A DNA stretch of 64,000 nt, taken from an uncultured Bacilli bacterium (GTDB taxonomy: Bacteria > Bacillota_I > Bacilli_A > RF39 > UBA660). The position numbers were made by a program, and so were the translations under genes. The notes below the pieces were generated by a model, which saw nothing but the letters and a program-made list of their open reading frames with translations, was not told where the DNA came from and ran no database searches. Position 1 is the stretch's first letter. Each line of letters begins with the position of its first letter. The DNA lies in NCBI GenBank assembly GCA_934098375.1, contig CAKOOC010000001.1, positions 70,772-134,771 on the forward strand, given 5' to 3'. Shown piece after piece: positions 57,499 to 64,000 of the stretch.

Positions 57499-57990
57499 AT
57501 GAAACAGAAAAAATTAAAAAATGGTGGATATGTAAATGAAGATACTAAAGAGATTAGAAATTTAATTATTATAACAGTAGTTGTTATTGCTCTTGCACTT
57601 GGTTTATATTTCTTAACTGATAAAGTATTAAGTAAAGATACGACTAGTGACACTAATGCTGACGTTGATTATACAACATGTTTAATAGGTAATATGTTTA
57701 ATCGTCCTTATGATGAATATTATGTTTTTGCTTTTAGTAGTGAAGATGAAAATGCCAGTAAATATAGTTCTTTAATTTCTACATATGAAAAAAAAGATAA
57801 GGCTTTAAAAATTTATAAGATTGATTTAAATAATAATTTTAACAAAAGGGCAGTTAGTGAAACATCAAATAAAAAGCCAACTAGTGCTAGTGATGTTAAG
57901 ATTAAAAATTCAGCTTTAATACATATTAAAAATGGTAAAGTTGTAAATTATTATGAGTCATCAAGTGATTATGAAAAAGTGTTAAGTTAA
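57499..57990 (+). CDS. membrane-anchored hypothetical protein
   Basis: N-terminal TM IIITVVVIALALGLYFL. No family recognised. Confidence 0.45.
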   Translation: MKQKKLKNGGYVNEDTKEIRNLIIITVVVIALALGLYFLTDKVLSKDTTSDTNADVDYTTCLIGNMFNRPYDEYYVFAFSSEDENASKYSSLISTYEKKDKALKIYKIDLNNNFNKRAVSETSNKKPTSASDVKIKNSALIHIKNGKVVNYYESSSDYEKVLS

Positions 57991-58046
57991 CGCTTTTTTA
58001 TTTGTTATTATTTCTTTTTATGATAATATTATATTGAGATGATAAT

Positions 58047-59243
58047 ATGAAGAGTATAAAGGATAAAAAACCAACTTTTGAACTTTGGGAGGTACTAGTA
58101 ATTACACTTGTGTCTTCAGTTATTATGGGTTTAAGTACGGGTTATGTAGCGTATCGTTCAAATACAAAATATGTTAATACAGGAAATGAATATATTAATG
58201 AATTAGTGAAATCTTATAATAATATTACCGCAAATTATTATGATAATATTGATGAAAAGTCATTAGTAGATGCGGCTATAAATGGTATGCTTAATTACTT
58301 AGGAGATCCTTATACAACATATTTAGATAAAACTAATACAAATTCATTAACTGATGCATTAGCAGGTACTTACGAAGGGATTGGAATAGAGGTATCTAAA
58401 AATGATAATAATGAAATTGAGGTTAAAACTGTATTTGATGATACACCTTCAAGTGAAGCTGGGCTTTTAGTAGGGGATGTTATTTTAAAAATTAATGAAG
58501 AGGATGTTACAGCGAAAACAACTACTGATGCGGTCGCAATTATCAAATCTAGTAAATCAAGTAACATAAAGTTGCAAATTAAAAGAAATGAAGAAATTAA
58601 AGATATTGACGTTGTAAGAAAAGAACTTTATTTACCGGTTGTTTCTAGTGAATTATTAAATCAAAATGATAAAAATATTGGCTATATAGCGGTAGACAAA
58701 TTTTCAGAAACTGTTTTTGAACAATTTTCTAAAGAGTTAAATAAGCTAGAAAAGAATTCATTGGATGGTTTAATTATTGATTTAAGAAATAATACAGGTG
58801 GTTTTCTTGTGGGAGCTACTAAAATGGCAGAATTGTTTTTAGAAAAAGGAAAAGTAATATATTCTTTACAATCAAAGTTAGATAATGAAGTAACTAAAGA
58901 TGAGACTGATGAAAAAAGGGATTATAAGGTGTATATTTTAGTAAATAAGTCTTCAGCATCAGCTTCAGAAATTTTAGCGGCTGCTTTAAAGTATAGTTAT
59001 GGTGCTAAACTAGTAGGGACAACGACTTATGGAAAAGGAAAAGTGCAAAAGACATCAAAACTTAGTGATGGTACGATGTATAAATATACATCTGCTAAGT
59101 GGCTTACTCCTAATGGAGATTGCATAGATGGTATAGGTCTTAGTCCTGATTTAAATGTTGAATTATCTGAAGAATATGCAAATAATATGACGAAAGAAAA
59201 TGATAATCAGTTGCAAATGGCTCTTTATGAAATTGTAAAATAA
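58047..59243 (+). CDS. S41 carboxy-terminal processing peptidase with PDZ domain
   Basis: N-terminal TM, PDZ (PSSEAGLLVGDVILKINEEDV), DLRNNTGG, SASASEILA and GKGKVQ. Confidence 0.88.
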   Translation: MKSIKDKKPTFELWEVLVITLVSSVIMGLSTGYVAYRSNTKYVNTGNEYINELVKSYNNITANYYDNIDEKSLVDAAINGMLNYLGDPYTTYLDKTNTNSLTDALAGTYEGIGIEVSKNDNNEIEVKTVFDDTPSSEAGLLVGDVILKINEEDVTAKTTTDAVAIIKSSKSSNIKLQIKRNEEIKDIDVVRKELYLPVVSSELLNQNDKNIGYIAVDKFSETVFEQFSKELNKLEKNSLDGLIIDLRNNTGGFLVGATKMAELFLEKGKVIYSLQSKLDNEVTKDETDEKRDYKVYILVNKSSASASEILAAALKYSYGAKLVGTTTYGKGKVQKTSKLSDGTMYKYTSAKWLTPNGDCIDGIGLSPDLNVELSEEYANNMTKENDNQLQMALYEIVK

Positions 59244-59245
59244 AT

Positions 59246-59286
59246 AGAAGTATCGATTTTAAATAGATGAGATATTTCTTTTTTTA
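59246..59286 (+). terminator. intrinsic terminator after the S41 peptidase gene
   Basis: AGAAGTATC-N16-GATATTTCT (one G.U) followed by TTTTTTT. Confidence 0.5.
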
Positions 59287-59506
59287 TGTTTAAAATAATA
59301 GTAGTAAAAATGAGAGGTTAATTTTTTTTGTTGGGAAGTGATTTTTAATGAGGCATTATTGATAATAAGAATTTGGTTTTTTCAATGAATTTTAAAAGTG
59401 ATTAATAGATTAACTATGAATGGTTTATATGTGACTAATTAGAGTGGTTTATAATTTACATTTGTTTATAAATTTAGTACAATTAAGATGCAGGGGTGTG
59501 ATTCGA

Positions 59507-60253
59507 ATGAAAAAATTAAAAATTCAAAGTTATGATTTGGATATTACTTTAACACCATTTATTAATATTGTGGGAGTAATAGGTAGTGGAAAGACAGTGT
59601 TACTTAAAACGTTAATAAATCAGGTTCATAGTAATGATGTGTATTTGGATGATAAAGCAGTGAGTGAGTATGATACGCTTTTTCTAAGAAAAAATGTGGC
59701 GGCAGTACTTAATAATTTTGAGTTTAAAACAAGTTATGTTAAAGAAGAGTTGTTATATTATCAGTTAAAAATTAATATAGATGAAAAACAAGCATATAAA
59801 AATATTACTAATTTTGTTAAATTTTTTGAGTTAGAAGATATTATTGAGTCTAAGATTGAAATGCTTTCTAAATATGAACAAGCATATTTAAAAATTTTAT
59901 CTTTGCTAATTATAAAACCGCGTATTTTAGGTATTGATGATATGCTAACTTATTTAAATATTAATCAGAAATTAAAGATTATAAAGTTTGTTAAAAATAA
60001 TAAGATTACGATTTTAAATTGCACAACTAATCCAGAAGAGTTACTATTTGGAACCGATATTATTATTTTGGATCATAAAAGAGTAGTAGCATATGAAAAG
60101 AGTGAAGTTATACTTTCAAGTAATAAATATTTATCTAAAATTGGAATGAAGGAACCATTTATAGTGGAGTTGAGTGCAAATTTAAATTATTATGATTTAC
60201 TTAGAAAAAAGTTTTTTGATATGAAAACGTTAGTAGGTGAATTATGGAAGTAA
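59507..60253 (+). CDS. EcfA-like ABC ATPase homologue with degenerate catalytic motifs
   Basis: Walker A GVIGSGKT is retained. The signature reads LSKYEQ, Walker B reads ILGIDDM (no catalytic Glu), the Q-loop reads VLNNF and the H-loop reads NCTTN. EcfA-type C-terminal ...GMKEPFIVELSANL. Confidence 0.6.
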   Translation: MKKLKIQSYDLDITLTPFINIVGVIGSGKTVLLKTLINQVHSNDVYLDDKAVSEYDTLFLRKNVAAVLNNFEFKTSYVKEELLYYQLKINIDEKQAYKNITNFVKFFELEDIIESKIEMLSKYEQAYLKILSLLIIKPRILGIDDMLTYLNINQKLKIIKFVKNNKITILNCTTNPEELLFGTDIIILDHKRVVAYEKSEVILSSNKYLSKIGMKEPFIVELSANLNYYDLLRKKFFDMKTLVGELWK

Positions 60254-60861
60254 TGTATTGTAATGATGTGTTAAATAATTATTTTGCTAATAAAAATATA
60301 ACGGGTTTTATTGGGGAAATTAGTGACTTAGAAGCAATTGTTTCGGATATAAAAGTTAAACCGATAAAAGATAGTATGAAGGTTAAAAAAATAATTAAAA
60401 AGAATGTTGATGATTTTAAGTTGCTGGGATTATCTGATGATATATTAAGTAGAAAGTATAAAGACTTAAGTTATGGTGAACAAAAGTTAATGCGTTTGAT
60501 TTATACTTGTGCAGAAAGACCTAGTATTGTGATATTGAATGATTTTGATTTGGGTTTTACTAGCAAGATGAAATCGAAAATTTCCAGATATATTAAAACT
60601 GTTAATGCTTCTTTTAATATTAATTTTATAATTGTTACGAATGATATTCTTTTTGTAAATAAAAATGCAAAACATATTATAATTTCTAAAGGAAAGATTA
60701 TAAAATATCAAGGTGACATTATAACGGCGATTAAACAAAATTTAATTGCCAAACCACCAATAATTGAATTTATTGATATGGCTAATCAAAAAGGGGCAGA
60801 TCTTGAGTATACGTTAGATAGTAAGGAATTATTAAAAGCTATCTATAGGAGTGTTTTTTAA
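60244..60861 (+). CDS. second EcfA-like homologue, Walker A lost
   Basis: Overlaps the upstream gene by 10 nt. GFIGEISD replaces the P-loop. LSYGEQ signature, IVILNDFDLG Walker B-like block, C-terminal ...KPPIIEFIDMANQ. Confidence 0.5.
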   Translation: MEVMYCNDVLNNYFANKNITGFIGEISDLEAIVSDIKVKPIKDSMKVKKIIKKNVDDFKLLGLSDDILSRKYKDLSYGEQKLMRLIYTCAERPSIVILNDFDLGFTSKMKSKISRYIKTVNASFNINFIIVTNDILFVNKNAKHIIISKGKIIKYQGDIITAIKQNLIAKPPIIEFIDMANQKGADLEYTLDSKELLKAIYRSVF

Positions 60862-61577
60862 TGAGATATTTGGCTAGTGTTAGTTATGATGGCAGTAAAT
60901 TTTATGGATTTCAAAAACTAAATAATCATAAAACAGTTCAGCAATGTTTAGAACAAGCAATAAGTAAAATTAATAAAAAACCAGTGGCTGTAAAAGGTGC
61001 AGGACGTACTGATAGAGGGGTTCATGCGCTGGGTCAAGGAATTAGTTTTGATTTAGATGTTAATGTTCCGGTTGATAGACTAAAGAATGCGATTAATTCT
61101 TTATTAGATGATGCTATATATATTCAGGATATTAAAGAGGTAGATGATAATTTTCATGCAAGGTTTAGTGCAAAAAAGAAAATTTATGAGTATGTCATTA
61201 ATCTTGGTGAGTATGATGCGATAAGAAATGATTATTTATATAATTATAATAGAAGTCTTGATGTAATGGAAATGAAGAAAGGCGCAAAGAAATTAGAAGG
61301 CGCGCATTCGTTTAAGGCATTTACATCGGGAGAGAGAGACAATTATAATAGTATAATTTATAGTGTCAAAATAAAAAAAGAAAAAAATTTACTTATTATT
61401 ACATTTGAAGGTAAAAGTTTTTACCGGTATATGGTAAGAAATATGGTTGGTGTTTTGATTGGTGTGGGAGCTAAAAAAATATCTGTGGATGTTTTGGATG
61501 ATATGTTTGAGGGAAAGAATGTTACTTATCAAACAGCGCCGGCGTGCGGACTATATTTAAGAGAAGTTTTTTATTAG
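60861..61577 (+). CDS. truA: tRNA pseudouridine(38-40) synthase TruA
   Basis: Y.GS.F.GFQ, GAGRTDRGVHALGQ and FYRYMVRNMVG. Confidence 0.92.
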   Translation: MRYLASVSYDGSKFYGFQKLNNHKTVQQCLEQAISKINKKPVAVKGAGRTDRGVHALGQGISFDLDVNVPVDRLKNAINSLLDDAIYIQDIKEVDDNFHARFSAKKKIYEYVINLGEYDAIRNDYLYNYNRSLDVMEMKKGAKKLEGAHSFKAFTSGERDNYNSIIYSVKIKKEKNLLIITFEGKSFYRYMVRNMVGVLIGVGAKKISVDVLDDMFEGKNVTYQTAPACGLYLREVFY

Positions 61578-61644
61578 GGGATTTTGAAAAGCAGGTAAAG
61601 TAGAATATTTAAATTATTAACTAGATAAACATTAAATTCTAAAG

Positions 61645-61668
61645 CAAGTATTTTTACTTGTTTTTTTT
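61645..61668 (+). terminator. intrinsic terminator after truA
   Basis: CAAGTA-tttt-TACTTG followed by TTTTTTTT. Confidence 0.6.
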
Positions 61669-61958
61669 GTGTAATGAAAATTTTAGTTTCTACCGAAAGA
61701 GTTTTAAAGTAATTTAGTGTAAATCACCTTTTATAAAAAATAGTATTGTTAGTAAGACACACTTAGGACAAGTAAAATTTACAACTAAGTCTAAATATAT
61801 AAAGCAGAATAATTTCTAAAACAAAGTTTAAGTTTTAATATTACAAAAAGCAAAAATGTTAATTGTTTTTGCATTTTATAATTTGATAATGATATAATAT
61901 ATTTAACAAATTATAAAGGATAATGAATGAAAAAGATTTACGATGAAAGGATTATAAT

Positions 61959-62570
61959 ATGGAATATTTAGATATTTATGATGAAAGTGGAAATTTTTTA
62001 GGTAAAGAAGAGAGAAATGTCGTACATGAAAAAGGGCTATGGCATAAAACTGTTCATTGCTGGCTTTATACTAGTGATGGTTATGTTTTTTTTCAAAGAC
62101 GCACGGATACTCATACATTATATACAACTGCTTCTGGGCATTTAAAAGCTGGTGAAACTATTAGTGAAGGCTTTCACCGAGAAATAAAAGAAGAAATTGG
62201 TTGTTCTATTGATGCATCGGATGCTAAATTTATTAAGATGGAACCATTTAAGATGGATAAAATAAAAAATGGCAAACCTTTTATTGATAGGGCTTTTGCA
62301 AATGTTTATATGGATTTATATGAAGGTGATTTTAAAGATTTTAATTTTGATGAAAAGGAAGTTTTAGAACTTGTTTTAGTTCCGTTAAAAGAAACCTTAA
62401 CAATGTTTAAGAAAAATGAGGGCTCAGTATTAGGCAAAATAGTGACTTCAGATTATAAAGTTATAGATAGAGAAATATTCTTGAATGAGTTTTTAGTTAA
62501 TGATGGCGAAACTTATTATGGTAAGTATGGTTATGTTTTAGAGGCTATAATAAAGAATTTGAATTTATAA
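61959..62570 (+). CDS. NUDIX hydrolase
   Basis: Complete Nudix box GHLKAGETISEGFHREIKEEIG. Confidence 0.8.
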   Translation: MEYLDIYDESGNFLGKEERNVVHEKGLWHKTVHCWLYTSDGYVFFQRRTDTHTLYTTASGHLKAGETISEGFHREIKEEIGCSIDASDAKFIKMEPFKMDKIKNGKPFIDRAFANVYMDLYEGDFKDFNFDEKEVLELVLVPLKETLTMFKKNEGSVLGKIVTSDYKVIDREIFLNEFLVNDGETYYGKYGYVLEAIIKNLNL

Positions 62571-62868
62571 AGTAATGTATTGTTAAAAGTTTATTTTGAA
62601 TTTAGTATTAAATATAAAATAATATATTCATTTTTATAATTTATATGTTATGAATTTATTGATATGAATTAATATTTTGTTAGGCATATAGGATTAAGGT
62701 AAGGCAGAAAATAAATTCTGCTTTTTCTAATTCGGATTTATACCTTATTTTGTGTCATAATAAAAATACAATGGATTACATGTAATTTAAAGATAATTAT
62801 AGTTTATTGTTTTTATTTTTGAAATGAACAATGTTTTAATTTTTACATATTATATTTTAGGTGATAGT

Positions 62869-63165
62869 ATGGCTTTAAAAGGTGTTGTTCTTGATAGTGG
62901 ACATGGAGGCAGCGATGTTGGTGCTTCTGGTAATGGAATTATCGAAAAAGATTTAACTTTAAAAATTAGTAAATATATGTATGATAGACTTAAAGCGCTA
63001 GGAATACCAGTTAAAATGACTAGAGATAGTGATATTACGTTAGATCCAAAAGAACGCGTGCGTGTAGTACAAGATCAGTTTGGGAATGGTAGTGATGTGG
63101 TTGTGGTTAGCAATCACATAAATGCAGGAGGTGGCGATAGTCATTGTGTAACAAAGGATGTATAA
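62869..63165 (+). pseudogene. truncated N-acetylmuramoyl-L-alanine amidase (Amidase_3, CwlC/endolysin-like), N-terminal half only
   Basis: ATG 62869 after AGGTGA. VVLDSGHGGSDVGASGNGIIEKDLTLKIS...VVVSNHINAGGGD, then a stop. The remaining about half of the catalytic domain is absent in all frames, and its own terminator follows. Confidence 0.6.
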
Positions 63166-63181
63166 CGATTAAAGCTAATAG

Positions 63182-63209
63182 AGTTTGATTTAGTCAAACT
63201 TTAATTTTT
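63182..63209 (+). terminator. intrinsic terminator after the truncated amidase
   Basis: AGTTTGA-tttag-TCAAACT followed by TTAATTTTT. Confidence 0.5.
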
Positions 63210-63249
63210 CGTTCATTTATTTTATTATAGTAGCATGAAAGGAGAATTT

Positions 63250-63924
63250 ATGAACAAACCTTATAAATACAAAGATTCTTTTTACTTTTTTGATCATGAT
63301 ATTTTTAATGATATGTTTAATAGAAAATGTAATAAGGATAGATTAATGATTAAAGATATGGAAGAAAAGTTAGCAAATGCTATTAATGTATCAAAAGATA
63401 CAGTTCATGGTTGGCGTTATAAAACTTATAGTCCTAATGATTTAAATCTTGTTAACGATATAGCAAATTATTTTGGGTATGAAAAGGATGTACTATTGTG
63501 TAAGAAGGGTGGAGATGCAAAAATGAAGAAAATGTCAGATATTGAATTGATGTCGGTAAAAAGAGTGTATGAATCAATAATAGAATTTTTAGAATATTTC
63601 TACAAAACAAATGGTTTTAATGATTTATGGTTTGATTTTGAAAAACTTGAACCTTCGTCAAGAGAGGAAAAATTATATGAAATAGCTGAAAAAGAGCATG
63701 ATAAAGTGATGGTGTCTTTAAAAAAAGAATATCCTATTATTGGAAAAATACAAATTTATACTGATTTAAGTAATTTTATTTATAATGATTTATATGACTT
63801 ATATGATGGAAAATTAACTTATGCATATAGATTTGAAGCAATACCTGATGAAAATCCAACAACTGATGAAGATTATACAAAAGCATATAAAAAGTTAAAT
63901 GAAATAATTGATTCATATTGTTAA
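63250..63924 (+). CDS. hypothetical protein with weak N-terminal XRE-like HTH
   Basis: ATG 63250 after AAAGGAGAA. ...MIKDMEEKLANAINVSKDTVHGWRYK... resembles an HTH. The rest has no recognisable family. Confidence 0.4.
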   Translation: MNKPYKYKDSFYFFDHDIFNDMFNRKCNKDRLMIKDMEEKLANAINVSKDTVHGWRYKTYSPNDLNLVNDIANYFGYEKDVLLCKKGGDAKMKKMSDIELMSVKRVYESIIEFLEYFYKTNGFNDLWFDFEKLEPSSREEKLYEIAEKEHDKVMVSLKKEYPIIGKIQIYTDLSNFIYNDLYDLYDGKLTYAYRFEAIPDENPTTDEDYTKAYKKLNEIIDSYC

Positions 63925-63933
63925 AAATTTATT

Positions 63934-63974
63934 AAACTCTATTTAATTGTAGGGAATTAATTAGAGTTTTTTTA
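63934..63974 (+). terminator. intrinsic terminator
   Basis: 15-bp arms AAACTCTATTTAATT / AATTAATTAGAGTTT (one mismatch), loop gtaggg, followed by a T-run. Confidence 0.55.
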
Positions 63975-64000
63975 TGAAACTTATTTTTAAAAATGAAGTT

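Noticed and set aside
1644-60738. Short ORFs in the six-frame track lying antisense or out of frame inside longer, well-supported genes: 1644-1841, 7747-7941, 8584-8823, 9406-9624, 16658-16924, 25149-25349, 25754-26101, 26309-26593, 26616-26861, 29512-29709, 30775-31077, 31102-31293, 33049-33348, 34191-34391, 36063-36254, 36851-37150, 43196-43429, 43670-43969, 48297-48539, 50792-51040, 58370-58567 and 60487-60738.
   Set aside because: All are fully embedded in genes with clear family motifs on the other strand or frame. They have no SD. Their compositions are typical of AT-rich shadow frames (runs of L/I/F/S/K). I treat them as artefacts.
62869-63165. Calling the truncated amidase a cwlD orthologue on the basis of Bacillus synteny (truA-rplM-rpsI-...-cwlD).
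   Set aside because: The product lacks the CwlD N-terminal membrane segment, and its N-terminus matches the leaderless CwlC/endolysin style (..DSGHGGSDVGASGNGIIEKDLTL..). Synteny alone is too weak, so I kept it only as an alternative in the finding.
1-64000. A search for CRISPR arrays, cas genes, transposases, integrases, IS inverted repeats, restriction-modification genes and recognisable defence systems.
   Set aside because: I saw no regularly spaced direct repeats. No ORF has DDE, serine or tyrosine recombinase, Cas or methyltransferase motifs. The only repeats found are the duplicated CIRCE cassette and short local repeats.

Overview
This is a 64-kb, densely coding, very AT-rich segment (by eye about 27-30% G+C; not computed). 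It looks like chromosome from a low-GC Gram-positive bacterium (Bacillota): standard genetic code, GGAGG-type Shine-Dalgarno sites, lipoboxes and CIRCE operators. I support about 62 protein genes, one tRNA-Glu(CUC), one truncated gene, and several promoters, operators and intrinsic terminators. I saw no rRNA, CRISPR array, transposase or integrase.

Recognisable core genes are PFOR (nifJ), recG, a compact addB-addA pair followed by a third UvrD-like helicase, htpG, hsp20, a GluRS-family ligase, a sigma-70 factor, rplM-rpsI, tilS-ftsH, parA-parB, an MscS channel, a DUF951 protein, an AbgT transporter, murC, an S41 protease and truA. Several envelope enzymes are also present: M23, M15B/VanY, GH25, S1 and thermonuclease.

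The points most worth a second look are:
- A three-gene operon at 36.6-40.8 kb encoding large coiled-coil and helical-repeat proteins with no family I can name, possibly mTERF-like.
- An FtsK/SpoIIIE-like ATPase with a C-terminal rather than N-terminal membrane anchor and diverged motor motifs. It lies behind a 650-bp ORF-free region that carries an orphan promoter-hairpin-terminator unit.
- An envelope gene string at 9.1-12.6 kb: a Cys-rich surface protein behind an attenuator-like leader, an S1 protease with a cadherin-like domain, a membrane-anchored rhodanese, and a CX5C thioredoxin-like lipoprotein.
- A duplicated ~55-nt CIRCE/promoter cassette in front of both htpG and hsp20.
- A motif-degenerate EcfA-like ATPase pair that lacks EcfT, upstream of truA.
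- A VTE5-like/VTE6-like (COG0170 + DUF92) polyprenol-kinase pair fused into an AbgT operon.
- A stand-alone tRNA-Glu(CUC) locus followed by a leaderless M23 hydrolase, an unknown gene and a divergent gltX.

All family assignments come from motif recognition by eye. No searches were run.
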